Part shown: piece by piece, positions 1 through 9,314 of the stretch | Numbering within the stretch: position 1 is the stretch's first letter | How the letters are laid out: every line of letters starts with the position of its first letter | DNA from: a virus | DNA: 64,000 nt | Virus record (IMG/VR): IMGVR_UViG_3300005095_000015 | Coordinates: 1 to 64,000 of that record | Strand: one strand, 5' to 3' | The notes under the pieces: generated by a model | The model's input: the letters and a program-made list of their open reading frames with translations, nothing else | What the model was told of the DNA's origin: nothing | The model's database searches: none | Program-made: the position numbers and the translations under genes

Positions 1-344
1 TCTTTGAGAAGATCAAGAAGAACTGGAAAGAGTTTGGTTTAGATAAAAGCCCATCGGATACAATGGCAAAGCAGCTTGTGCTATTGCAGCCAGAGTATCA
101 AGAAGCCTATCAGGAATACATTAGAGCTAAGAAGAATGTAGAGGTGTTGAAAGCAGCTAAGACAGCTTTTGAGCAAAGGAAAAAGGCTTTAGAAAATATC
201 ACTATGCTTTGGGTGACCGGTTATTATGCTGAACCTTATGTTCCAAAGGAAGCTAAAGAGAAAGCTGAAGAGTATAACAGAAAGTTAGTTCAAGAAAAAC
301 TTACTGCAAGCTTGAAGAGGAGAGCGGCAAAGAAGGGGGATTAA
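1..344 (+). CDS. UvsY-like recombination mediator (5' truncated by window edge)
   Basis: Frame is open from base 3 (FEKIKKNWKEFGLDKSP...); helical/coiled-coil; lies upstream of SSB and RecA genes. Confidence 0.5.
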   Translation, partial: FEKIKKNWKEFGLDKSPSDTMAKQLVLLQPEYQEAYQEYIRAKKNVEVLKAAKTAFEQRKKALENITMLWVTGYYAEPYVPKEAKEKAEEYNRKLVQEKLTASLKRRAAKKGD

Positions 345-345
345 G

Positions 346-507
346 ATGCTTAAAGGTATTTTGATTGTGGGAGCAGTAGTGGCTAGCCCTTTTGTTTTGT
401 ATACAATTGCTCGTGTCGTTTCGTCAGCAGTTTTTAGAAGTTATTTTGAATTGAAGCATCAGCAGGGTAGAGATGAGAAGGTCAAAATTAACGAGAAAAT
501 ACACTAA
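346..507 (+). CDS. small membrane protein, 53 aa (not in ORF track)
   Basis: MLKGILIVGAVVASPFVLYTIARVVSSAVF..., hydrophobic N-terminus, fills the gap between neighbouring genes. Confidence 0.6.
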   Translation: MLKGILIVGAVVASPFVLYTIARVVSSAVFRSYFELKHQQGRDEKVKINEKIH

Positions 508-524
508 CTAAGGAGGTGTTTATT

Positions 525-1604
525 ATGCCTAAAGTCGATCGCAAAAAACTGAGGGAACAATTACTTAAACAAGTTGAGCGTTCTTACCAGTCAAGAGATA
601 GCTTTGCTACAGGCAAGTCCATCTTCAAACCTGATATTGGATATCCATTCTGGAACTGTAAGGAAGGAACACATATTATTGACATTCTTCCGTTTGTAGC
701 AGGCGAGAATTGCCCTAATGCTAAGCCAGGTGAGGCAACCTACCTACTTGATTTATGGGTTCACTACAATGTAGGCCCTGATGACAGTCAGTACATCTGC
801 CTTGCTAAAACCTATGGTAAGCCTTGTCCCATTTGTGAATACAGAAAAGAGCTTGCTAAGCAGGGTGATGTAGATAAGGAAGAGTTAGATGCTTTGAGAC
901 CCAAACGCAGAACAGTCTATGCTATAATCTGTTATGACACCAAAGAGGAAGAGGAGAAGGGTATTCAAATTTGGGAAGTTGCCCACTTCTTTATGGAAAG
1001 GCACCTTACAGAGCTTGCTAAGAATCCCAGGGGTGGTGGATTTGTTTTATTCAGTTCTCCTTGGAAGGAAGAAGGTAAAAGCATACAATTTACTAAGAGA
1101 GGGCGTGGTGCAGGTAATGTAGAGTTTATTGGGCATAAGTTTGTGGATAGGGACTATGATATCCCGGAGGAGATCCTTGAGCAAGTACCAGTGCTCGATG
1201 AACTCATTCACATACCTACTTATGAGGAAGTGTACGAGGCGTTCTTTGGAAAATCCTCCGTGTCTGATGAGAGAATGAGTGAGTCAGTAGTAAAAGAGGA
1301 AGTGGTAGAAGAACCTATTGAAGAGGAAGTTGAGGAGAGACCAAGGCATAGAGCTGTTTCTAAAAGGGCATCGAGAAAAACCACAGAAAAAGAGGATATT
1401 CCTGTAGATGAATTTACTGAAGAAGCAAGCAGAGAGGCAGATGAGGGATCACCTGAGTGCCCAGGTGGTGGTGTGTTTGGTAGGGATACTGATGAGTTAG
1501 ATTATTGTACTGAGTGTGAGTTTTACGATGACTGTTTAGAGGAATACGAGCGTAGGGAGGCTGAAAGGAAGAAGAGAAGACAGGCAAGGAGGTTGCGTAG
1601 GTAA
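525..1604 (+). CDS. T4 gp32-like single-stranded DNA-binding protein
   Basis: HYNVG...C...GKPCPICE Zn motif, acidic linker, C-terminal Cys4 motif; SD AAGGAGGTG precedes ATG 525. Confidence 0.7.
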   Translation: MPKVDRKKLREQLLKQVERSYQSRDSFATGKSIFKPDIGYPFWNCKEGTHIIDILPFVAGENCPNAKPGEATYLLDLWVHYNVGPDDSQYICLAKTYGKPCPICEYRKELAKQGDVDKEELDALRPKRRTVYAIICYDTKEEEEKGIQIWEVAHFFMERHLTELAKNPRGGGFVLFSSPWKEEGKSIQFTKRGRGAGNVEFIGHKFVDRDYDIPEEILEQVPVLDELIHIPTYEEVYEAFFGKSSVSDERMSESVVKEEVVEEPIEEEVEERPRHRAVSKRASRKTTEKEDIPVDEFTEEASREADEGSPECPGGGVFGRDTDELDYCTECEFYDDCLEEYERREAERKKRRQARRLRR

Positions 1605-1613
1605 AAGATGTTA

Positions 1614-1665
1614 GGGCAGGAGCGGTAAGCGTTGTCCATCTGGGTTTGTGTCTCAGCTCCTGCCT
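1614..1665 (+). promoter_or_regulatory. intergenic stem-loop between SSB and recA
   Basis: GGCAGGAGC (1615-1623) pairs with GCTCCTGCC (1656-1664); 32-nt loop; no U tract. Confidence 0.5.
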
Positions 1666-1686
1666 GTAATGTTAAGGAGGTAGACA

Positions 1687-2736
1687 ATGGCTGAGCTTAG
1701 AAAGAGAAAGAAGGCAAAACAGGACGAAGTAGAAGAGGCTGTCAAGGAAGTAGAAGAGGCTGTCAAGGAAGATGGTTTCGAAGAACATAAACCTGTTTGG
1801 GATAAAGTAGTCTCTACAGGTTCAACCTTACTTGATCTTGCTATTTCGGGTAAGCGTATAAGAGGTGGCGGTCTACCTGGCGGTATTTTGGTTGAGATAT
1901 TTGGGCCTGAGTCATCAGGAAAGACCGCAGTTATAGCGGAGATAGCAGCCAGTGCTCAGGCTCGAGGTGGCGAAGCTTTATTTCTTGACCCAGAGGCAAG
2001 GTTTGATAGAGAGTATGCGAGGATATATGGAGTAGAGATAAATGAAAAATATTATTATAGGCCTGATACGGTTACTGAGACTTTTGAGATTATCCGTAAC
2101 TGGAAGCCAAGCAAAGATGATGTTATTAATGTAGTAGCCTGCGATTCTTTAGCAGCTCTTTCTACACAGATGGAGCTTGATGATGGTGATAAGATGGGAA
2201 TGCGGCGGGCTAAAGAGTTTAGCCAAGAGTTAAGAAAGGTTTGCAGGCTTATTGCCAATAACAATTGGCTTGTTGTTTGTAGTAATCAATTGAGGCAAGG
2301 TGATAAAGGCGAAATTACCCCAGGTGGTAAAGCTATTCCATACTATTCAAGTTTGAGAATAAGGATAGCTGCTGAAGAAAAGCTCATCAAACAAGTTACT
2401 TTACCTTCAGGTAAGACAATAAAGAAAGTGATAGGCATCAAGTCTAAATTTCTTATTAAGAAGTCGTCGCTCGATGATCCATTCAGGGAAGGTTACCTTT
2501 ACATAATTTTTGGTTACGGTATAGACGATGTTAGGGCAAACCTTCAGTATATCAAAGATATGGAGAAGCTTACCAAGTATAGAGCAGTAGATAGGGAATT
2601 TCGGCGTATGGATGACGCTATAAGGTATATTGAGGAGAATGATTTATACGACGCTTTAAGGGAAGAAGTTATAAACCTTTGGGAGAGTATTGAGAGCAAG
2701 TTTGAGGTGAAGAGGAAACCTAAGCCGAGGAGATAG
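1687..2736 (+). CDS. recA: RecA/UvsX recombinase
   Basis: STGSTLLDLAI, Walker A GPESSGKT, DSLAAL, NQLR, TPGGKAIPYYSSLRI. Confidence 0.92.
   Translation: MAELRKRKKAKQDEVEEAVKEVEEAVKEDGFEEHKPVWDKVVSTGSTLLDLAISGKRIRGGGLPGGILVEIFGPESSGKTAVIAEIAASAQARGGEALFLDPEARFDREYARIYGVEINEKYYYRPDTVTETFEIIRNWKPSKDDVINVVACDSLAALSTQMELDDGDKMGMRRAKEFSQELRKVCRLIANNNWLVVCSNQLRQGDKGEITPGGKAIPYYSSLRIRIAAEEKLIKQVTLPSGKTIKKVIGIKSKFLIKKSSLDDPFREGYLYIIFGYGIDDVRANLQYIKDMEKLTKYRAVDREFRRMDDAIRYIEENDLYDALREEVINLWESIESKFEVKRKPKPRR
1726..1771 (+). repeat. 21-bp tandem duplication in the recA 5' end
   Basis: GAAGTAGAAGAGGCTGTCAAG x2, encoding EVEEAVK twice. Confidence 0.9.
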
Positions 2737-2739
2737 TTA

Positions 2740-2991
2740 ATGCGCAGCAAGGTATATTTAGTAGTTGAGCAAAAGCCTGATTATGCAGTTTTCTACGGCG
2801 GGACTGGTAAGGCAGGAGAAAGTGTGGTGTTGAAAGGTGTGTTTGCTGATAAACAGCAGGCAGATCAGTTGTATAGCAAGTTGGTTAAAGGTTCTGGTTG
2901 TGGGTGTTCGGGGAAGTTTTCAATTTTTGAGGTAGATCCTGACAAGGAAATAGATGTTATGTTAGCCTATGTGTGGTGTGATAGGAGATAA
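2740..2991 (+). CDS. hypothetical protein
   Basis: ORF packed in the operon. Confidence 0.55.
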   Translation: MRSKVYLVVEQKPDYAVFYGGTGKAGESVVLKGVFADKQQADQLYSKLVKGSGCGCSGKFSIFEVDPDKEIDVMLAYVWCDRR

Positions 2992-2994
2992 GCG

Positions 2995-3243
2995 ATGAAA
3001 GTAGCGCTAAGGCTTAAAGTGAAGTGTTGTAACTGCCTGAATAGCTATTTCCGACTCCGAGGCAAGTACTATGATTGTGTGGATGGTATATGTGTTCTTT
3101 GTGGAGAGCCGAAAGAGTTAGGTGATATTCTTGCAGATCTTTTGAGTGAGGGTGTTTTAAAATCGGTGGAAGTTCTTGGCATGGCTTATACTCTAGATTC
3201 TTTTGCGGAGCTGGAGGCTCAGGGTGGGCAAGAAAGGAAATAA
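2995..3243 (+). CDS. small Cys-rich (CxxC pairs) protein
   Basis: CCNC...CVLC. Confidence 0.5.
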   Translation: MKVALRLKVKCCNCLNSYFRLRGKYYDCVDGICVLCGEPKELGDILADLLSEGVLKSVEVLGMAYTLDSFAELEAQGGQERK

Positions 3244-3775
3244 AGGAAAGGGTAAACACAAAGGCTCTCAATTTGAGAGGGATGTCTGTAGAATCTTAAC
3301 CAAATGGGTTACTGGCAAGGAAGATCCAGTTATCTTTTGGCGCACTGCTGGTAGTGGTTCTCAATTTACGGTTAAGAAAGGTGAGTCCCCTATGTGCGGA
3401 GACATTATGGCAGTTGATCCAAGAGGTGAGCCTTTTATAGATTATTTTTGTGTTGAGTGTAAAAATTGGAGAAGAATACCTATAATGGCATTCCTTACAG
3501 GACAAGAAGTTGGTTTGCTTAAGGAGTGGTGGGAAGAGCTTGTAGGTAAATGTAGTTGGGCAGACAAGAAACCTCTTTTAATATTCAAAGAAAATTATCA
3601 ACCTATTTATGCTCTTATGCAGACTTCTGAGTTTTTCGAGTTGTCTGACTGGGTAGGTAAACCCGAGAGATATTTTCAGGTCAAGTTACCTTGGGTTGAT
3701 GGAGTGCTTATGGCTTTGGTTGAGTTTTTGGATTGGGTTGATATTGGTATATTTGAGCAACTTAGAAAGGAGTGA
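3224..3775 (+). CDS. Holliday junction resolvase (Hjc-like PD-(D/E)XK nuclease)
   Basis: KGSQFER...GSG...GDI...VECK...PLLIFK; GTG 3224 follows GGAGG. Confidence 0.8.
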   Translation: MGKKGNKGKGKHKGSQFERDVCRILTKWVTGKEDPVIFWRTAGSGSQFTVKKGESPMCGDIMAVDPRGEPFIDYFCVECKNWRRIPIMAFLTGQEVGLLKEWWEELVGKCSWADKKPLLIFKENYQPIYALMQTSEFFELSDWVGKPERYFQVKLPWVDGVLMALVEFLDWVDIGIFEQLRKE

Positions 3776-3779
3776 TTTG

Positions 3780-3808
3780 TTTCATCTCTAAGTGGAATTG
3801 GTTATAAT
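3780..3808 (+). promoter_or_regulatory. phage promoter, motif A copy 1
   Basis: TTTCATCTCTAAG-N10-TATAAT. Confidence 0.8.
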
Positions 3809-3827
3809 ATACAGTAGGAGGGCGGAC

Positions 3828-4934
3828 ATGATTAGAAAAATTACGATTGAAAACTTTCAATCCCATAAGCATACTGAGGTAGAGTTCTGTCCCGGTGTAA
3901 ATGTTATTACCGGACGCTCCGATTCAGGTAAGAGTTCAATTCTCAGAGCTTTGCAATGGGTTTTATGGAACCGTCCAACAGGCTTTGCTTTCCATTCTTA
4001 CTTTGCTAAGAAGGAACCTACTAAGGTAAAGGTTGAGTTTGATGATGGTTCTGTAATAGAGAGGATAAAGAGCAGTAGAGAGAACAAATACATAGTTAAC
4101 GGAGTAGAGCTTAAGGCGCTTGGCTCTCAGGTACCCGAAGAGGTTTTGCAGACACATAAATTAGAAGATTTTAATCTACAAACACAATTTGAAAACTATT
4201 TCTTACTTCAGGATTCTCCGGGTGAGGTTGCAAGGAAACTTAACAAAGTAGTAGGGCTTGATATTATTGACGAGTTGGTTAAGCGTGCTAATAGTTATGT
4301 AAATTCATTTCGTTCTCAGATTTCCGAATCGGATATTCGCATAGAGGAGCTACAAAAGGAAATAGAAGGTTATTGCTATTTAGACGAGATAGAACCTTTA
4401 CTTGTTCAAGTTGATGACTATTTGCATGAGCTTGAGCAGTTAGAGAGCGAATTAGATGAGCTTAAGCAGTTGGTAACGGATTTGGAAGAGTTGGAGAGAA
4501 TGCTTGCAGAGTTTGTTGATATTGAGACTTTAGAAGAGAAGTTACAACAGTTAGAGTCTTTGGAATGTGAATTACAGCAAGTTACGGAAGAACTTACAAG
4601 ACTCAGCGGTGTAGTGAGGGAGATCGAGTTAGTCGAGCAGGAGTTGCTGGAGTTTGAAGAGTTTGGAGACTTTGCTGAATTAGAAGAGGAGATGGATGAG
4701 ATTCTTTCGTTAGTAGAGAGGATACAGAAAATAGAGGAAAAGTTGGAAGGGTTGCAGGGTTGGGTTGAGGATTGGTTAGATGTAAGTGCTTTGTTGAATC
4801 GAGCAGATGAGTTACTTAGGGATTATGTTGGGGAGTATTTGGAGTCGATAGAGACTGCTGGTGTTTGTCCTGTATGCAAGTCTTCTATTACTAAGGATTG
4901 TATCGAGGAGATTAAGGAGGAGCTTTTATCATGA
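3828..4934 (+). CDS. SbcC/Rad50/gp46-like ATPase, N-terminal half
   Basis: IENFQSH, Walker A GRSDSGKS, coiled coil, ends just after zinc hook CPVC; no Walker B. Confidence 0.85.
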   Translation: MIRKITIENFQSHKHTEVEFCPGVNVITGRSDSGKSSILRALQWVLWNRPTGFAFHSYFAKKEPTKVKVEFDDGSVIERIKSSRENKYIVNGVELKALGSQVPEEVLQTHKLEDFNLQTQFENYFLLQDSPGEVARKLNKVVGLDIIDELVKRANSYVNSFRSQISESDIRIEELQKEIEGYCYLDEIEPLLVQVDDYLHELEQLESELDELKQLVTDLEELERMLAEFVDIETLEEKLQQLESLECELQQVTEELTRLSGVVREIELVEQELLEFEEFGDFAELEEEMDEILSLVERIQKIEEKLEGLQGWVEDWLDVSALLNRADELLRDYVGEYLESIETAGVCPVCKSSITKDCIEEIKEELLS

Positions 4935-5830
4935 AAATCCTTTGCTTTGGAGACATTCACCTACGCTACCGTAAACCTGAGAACAGACTTGATGATTATT
5001 TCGAAACTCAGTTCAAGAAGTTACGCTGGGCTTTTGACTTAGCGGTAAAGGAAAAATGCAAGGTTGTAATCATGCCCGGTGATGTCTTTGATACAGCTAC
5101 AGCAAGCTATGCTGTTACAAGCAGGTTTATGTTTGAGCTTTACAAGTATCGTAAGGAGTTCAGGGTTTTAGCTGTTTATGGACAGCATGATTTACGGTTT
5201 CACAGCACTCAAAGGGAAAACACACCACTTTATGCGGTGGCTTCAGCGGGGCTGATTCACATTCTAAGTTCTAAACCTTTTACCTTATTCGGTTGCAACT
5301 TTTACGGGGCTTCTTGGGAAGAGGAGATTCCAAAGGTTGAAACTCAGAGTCCTAATGTCTTAGTGACACACAGAATGGTTATCAAGGACGAAAAGCTTTG
5401 GTCGACCCAGGACGAGTTTGAGACTTCTTATCAGTTGCTTAGGCGGACTAAGTTTGACCTGATCGTTTGTGGTGACAATCATACTTTCTTTGTAGATAAT
5501 TACGAGGGTAGGTGGTTGGTAAATTGCGGTTCTTTATGCAGAATGAAGGTAGACCAGGTTGGACATAAACCAGCAGTCGTTATTTATGATACGAAGACAA
5601 GAGAAGCTAAGATTCATTACATTCCCGTAGAACCGGCTGAAAAAGTACTTAATCTAAAGGTTTATGAGAAGAAGGAGAAAGATTTGGCAATAGAGGCTTT
5701 TGTAGAGTCTTTGTCAAGCGCTGAAGAAGTAAGTTTGGATTTTCTTTCTAACTTATGGGCTTATGTGGAGAAAAACAAAGTGGAGCAGGGTGTGGTTGAT
5801 GCTTTGAAGGAAATGTTGAGGGAGGAGTGA
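4931..5830 (+). CDS. SbcD/Mre11/gp47-like metallophosphoesterase nuclease
   Basis: DIH, PGDVFD, GQHD, GDNH, NCGS motifs. Confidence 0.88.
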   Translation: MKILCFGDIHLRYRKPENRLDDYFETQFKKLRWAFDLAVKEKCKVVIMPGDVFDTATASYAVTSRFMFELYKYRKEFRVLAVYGQHDLRFHSTQRENTPLYAVASAGLIHILSSKPFTLFGCNFYGASWEEEIPKVETQSPNVLVTHRMVIKDEKLWSTQDEFETSYQLLRRTKFDLIVCGDNHTFFVDNYEGRWLVNCGSLCRMKVDQVGHKPAVVIYDTKTREAKIHYIPVEPAEKVLNLKVYEKKEKDLAIEAFVESLSSAEEVSLDFLSNLWAYVEKNKVEQGVVDALKEMLREE

Positions 5831-5831
5831 T

Positions 5832-6299
5832 ATGGCTGCAGTAATAACTAAAGTTGAAGAGTACAACACACTCGAAAGATGGTATCCGATTGCGTCTCAA
5901 GTCGCTCTTCTTTGTTGTTTAGGCTCTTGTTTAGGACTGACTGATTATACGGAAGACAAAAGAATGATCGAAAGAGATACGAAGGCTTTTAGGGAGGGCG
6001 GTAAGTGGTACAGGGTTACTGTGAAGGCAGATAATGTTCAAGACGATGCTGTGGCTTTGGCTTTTTGGCTGAGGGAGATGTACGAGAAGTATTCAGAGCT
6101 TGAATTTTGGCTGATTATGCATGATAAGATTGATTCTCGAACCAGATGGTACGAGATAGCCACTACCCCTAAAGATTACAAGTTAGACGCATCCAGGATG
6201 GTAGCTTATTGTAAGGAGTGTGGTGTTTTTGTTCCTTTGAGAGATGTTGGTGAGAATTGCCCTAAGTGCGGAAGACCTTTTAGGTATGGATGGATGTGA
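5832..6299 (+). CDS. hypothetical protein with C-terminal Zn ribbon
   Basis: CKECG...CPKCG. Confidence 0.55.
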   Translation: MAAVITKVEEYNTLERWYPIASQVALLCCLGSCLGLTDYTEDKRMIERDTKAFREGGKWYRVTVKADNVQDDAVALAFWLREMYEKYSELEFWLIMHDKIDSRTRWYEIATTPKDYKLDASRMVAYCKECGVFVPLRDVGENCPKCGRPFRYGWM

Positions 6300-6598
6300 T
6301 GGTTTATAAATTTGGGGGCGATGCAATGATACTTGAGCTAAGAAAAGGCAGGCCTACCGAGTCTGGAATTTACTTAGTGTTCTATGGCAGGTGGGAGTCT
6401 ATTCACGGGCATTTTGATGAGTTTATTATTTACAGAGGTGTGGTTACTTGTTTTTCGGATAGATTCTATGAAACGAACGGTGGTTCTGAGCATAGGTATT
6501 TGAATTCTGACGATTTTCTTATACTTGCTCATGTCAGGTTGCCTTCGGATAAAGAATTGTCTGAATGGTTACAAGGCTATGAAGGGGGTGTAGAATGA
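6290..6598 (+). CDS. hypothetical protein
   Basis: ORF in operon. Confidence 0.5.
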   Translation: MDVMVYKFGGDAMILELRKGRPTESGIYLVFYGRWESIHGHFDEFIIYRGVVTCFSDRFYETNGGSEHRYLNSDDFLILAHVRLPSDKELSEWLQGYEGGVE

Positions 6599-6834
6599 AA
6601 GAAGTCTTAAGTGAACTCAACAGTCTTAGACGCAAAATTGAGAAAATGAAAGCAGAGAAGGCAAAGCTTGAGGGCAGAAAAGCTGAGCTTCTGAAAAGGC
6701 TTGAGGAGTTCGGTGTTAAGTCGCCAGATCAGGCTAAGAAGAGGATTTCAGTGTTAGAGAGAAAGGCTGAGAGCTTAAGGGAAGAGATTGAGGAGAGGTT
6801 GGAAGAGTTAAGGCAGAAGCTGGGAGGTTATTAA
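6595..6834 (+). CDS. short coiled-coil protein, possibly the middle piece of split SbcC
   Basis: Heptad pattern; stop overlaps the start of the SbcC C-half (TAATG). Confidence 0.55.
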   Translation: MKEVLSELNSLRRKIEKMKAEKAKLEGRKAELLKRLEEFGVKSPDQAKKRISVLERKAESLREEIEERLEELRQKLGGY

Positions 6835-7451
6835 TGAGTTTGCAAGCGGAATTTAGTCAGTTAAAGTCCAGATTTCTTGAGTTGAAAGCAAGAAGAGACT
6901 TACTTAAAGAACAACTTGAAAAGGAAAAACAGAGAAAACAGGAGCTTGAAACCAAACACGAAAACTTTACCAAAGCTCGTTCTATAATCCAAGAAGTAGC
7001 AAGGCAAACCCAATCTAAACTTGAGCTTAGAGTATCTTCTCTTGTTACCACGGCCTTATCAGCAGTCTTTCCTGATCCTTACAAGTTCGAAACTGAGTTC
7101 GTTACGAAGCGTAATAAGACGGAATGTGAGTTTTGGTTTACAAAAAGTAAAGAGAAGATGAAGCCTCTTGACTCCTCAGGCGGGGGTCCTATAGATGTAG
7201 CTTCTTTTGCATTGAGACTTGTCTTTTGGTCATTGAGGAAGACTCGTCCAGTTCTTGTCCTTGATGAAACCTTCAGGTTCGTTTCTATGGATCTGCAGTA
7301 TAAGTGCAGTGAAATGCTCAAGATGTTGTCAGAAAAGCTCGGTGTTCAAATTATACTTGTATCTCACTCTCCTGAAATTATACAATCAGCAGATAAGGTG
7401 TTTAGAGTAGAAAATAGAAATGGTGTGAGTTATGTTGAGGAGGTGCAATAG
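6834..7451 (+). CDS. SbcC/Rad50-like ATPase, C-terminal half
   Basis: Coiled coil, signature SSGGG, Walker B VLVLDE, H-loop LVSH. Confidence 0.85.
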   Translation: MSLQAEFSQLKSRFLELKARRDLLKEQLEKEKQRKQELETKHENFTKARSIIQEVARQTQSKLELRVSSLVTTALSAVFPDPYKFETEFVTKRNKTECEFWFTKSKEKMKPLDSSGGGPIDVASFALRLVFWSLRKTRPVLVLDETFRFVSMDLQYKCSEMLKMLSEKLGVQIILVSHSPEIIQSADKVFRVENRNGVSYVEEVQ

Positions 7452-7717
7452 TGGAGAGAGTTAGCAAAGGTATGGTGGATGTGTTAAGAGAGGTGTCTCC
7501 TAGAAATAAGCGTGAGGAAGACTTGGTTGTGCAATCAGTGTTTCGCTTAATGTATTTGATGTCAGAAGCAGCTCCGGGCGAGACTTTACGCTTAGGTATT
7601 TACAAGGTAGAAAAAGTAACTGATGATTTGCTTTCGGTTTCTGTTGCTCTTAGTGAGAAGGAATCTGTTGAAGCAGGACTTGAGCGACTTGCAGAGAAAG
7701 GTCTTATCTCATTTTAG
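7451..7717 (+). CDS. hypothetical protein
   Basis: ORF in operon. Confidence 0.5.
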   Translation: MERVSKGMVDVLREVSPRNKREEDLVVQSVFRLMYLMSEAAPGETLRLGIYKVEKVTDDLLSVSVALSEKESVEAGLERLAEKGLISF

Positions 7718-7728
7718 GGGGTTAATAT

Positions 7729-9009
7729 ATGCCTTGTTTTGATTTTGTAGAGCTTGAGCGAAAACTACAAAGTGCTTATGATAATTACATTGCTAATACA
7801 GAATCAAAAAAGTGCAAAGAAGTTCTTTTTCTTGCCATTCAAGAGCTGACGAGAGCAATTGTAGAAGTAGAAGGTAGGAAGGCCCAGCGTGATGATCCTT
7901 TTAGGGATGTTGATAAAGAGTATTTGGTTTATGAATATTCGTTGTATCTGTTTCAGCGGATTGTTGAGGGTAGGTTTGTGCTTCCTGATTTAAAAGGTAG
8001 AGATAAGTTTGCTTGGACAGCTTATATTAGAATTAACTTACAGCATATCCTCTGGACTCTTTATAGGGAACAACCAAGGGAGGTGCCTTTCAAGGATATA
8101 GCTATTCTGCTTGGAGATCTTATTGCTGAGAGAGAACAGGTAACAGTTAGTTCTTTACTTGATGAATTTAGTGTATTAGATGTTGAAGCTGGAAAATTTT
8201 ACTACACAATTGAAGAGAATGATGATGGTGTAGAGTTGCGTGTGTATAGGGAAGATTTGTTGGTTAAGTTAGCAAACATATTAAAAACTTTTTATTCAGA
8301 GGCTGAGATTAGAAAGTATCTATCGTTGTTAATTTCTCTACCTAAGTCAAAGTGGAGAGAAGATAAAGAGTTATATAAGTTTGTTGGTATTTTAACCGCT
8401 CTTTATAAACGGTATTTTGAGGAGTATAGTATTAAGAAGCTGCAAGAGGTGGATATTGATTCTGTACTTCGTTCAACCTTGTTTCTTGCTACAATTCTGA
8501 GTTCAGATATAGACAATCGTTTGTTTGTCGGTCTTGATTTACAAAATCTTTACCGTCTTGCTGTGCTTTGTGGTGGGGAAAGTATAATTGTTCCAACGGT
8601 TGAGGAGATAGAAGACCTTGTTGCTGCTGCTTATGTGGTTTGGAGGATGTTGAGAGAAGGAGAGAGTGTTGAGGATGCCAGGGTGAAGTGTCGTAACAAG
8701 TTAAGTCTTCGTGCTAATCCAGTTCGTGTTGATAAATACATTAAATCGCTTAGTAAGTTTCTTTCAGTTAATTTTCGTGAAACGGGTTCGGAACAAAACC
8801 TTACAGTGATAGGTATGCTTTTGGCTGTTATTACTTCTTTGCATAAGACTACTCAGCAGGTGCTTGAAGAGATAGAGAAAGCAACTGAGTCCGAGAGGGA
8901 CATCAGAAAATTGGTTGAGGTTTACAAAGAGCTTTCCTCTATGCTTCAGACAGTTCAGGATTCAGTGATCAATATGCGGAAGTTGATACACGATAAGACA
9001 AAGAAGTAG
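7729..9009 (+). CDS. hypothetical helical protein, candidate transcription factor
   Basis: LCGGESIIVP resembles the Mor-family GGxxxYIP motif; N-terminal part weakly sigma-like. Confidence 0.3.
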   Translation: MPCFDFVELERKLQSAYDNYIANTESKKCKEVLFLAIQELTRAIVEVEGRKAQRDDPFRDVDKEYLVYEYSLYLFQRIVEGRFVLPDLKGRDKFAWTAYIRINLQHILWTLYREQPREVPFKDIAILLGDLIAEREQVTVSSLLDEFSVLDVEAGKFYYTIEENDDGVELRVYREDLLVKLANILKTFYSEAEIRKYLSLLISLPKSKWREDKELYKFVGILTALYKRYFEEYSIKKLQEVDIDSVLRSTLFLATILSSDIDNRLFVGLDLQNLYRLAVLCGGESIIVPTVEEIEDLVAAAYVVWRMLREGESVEDARVKCRNKLSLRANPVRVDKYIKSLSKFLSVNFRETGSEQNLTVIGMLLAVITSLHKTTQQVLEEIEKATESERDIRKLVEVYKELSSMLQTVQDSVINMRKLIHDKTKK

Positions 9010-9038
9010 TTTCATCTCTAAGCTAGGTTTGCTATAAT
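9010..9038 (+). promoter_or_regulatory. phage promoter, motif A copy 2
   Basis: TTTCATCTCTAAG-N10-TATAAT with extended -10 TG. Confidence 0.8.
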
Positions 9039-9057
9039 AAAATAGGGAGGGTTAGTT

Positions 9058-9267
9058 ATGGTAAAGAAGAACAAACCAGATTTAACAGGTTGGGTTGATG
9101 TGGTGGAGTTGAGAGACGGTATTTTGACAGGGAAAAAGTTTGTGCAGGTATCAAGTGTTTTGTTTCCTAGTAAGCAGGAGTTGATTAAAGCGCAGCCTAA
9201 TGCTACACCGGCTTACATAGAGATATATCTTAGGGAAAAGCCTGATTTAGTAGAGATGAATGAGTAG
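9058..9267 (+). CDS. hypothetical protein
   Basis: SD GGGAGG, directly downstream of promoter. Confidence 0.55.
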   Translation: MVKKNKPDLTGWVDVVELRDGILTGKKFVQVSSVLFPSKQELIKAQPNATPAYIEIYLREKPDLVEMNE

Positions 9268-9314
9268 GATCAAATCAAGAAAGCATGATTGCGGTAGTAA
9301 TGAGGAGGTGATAA

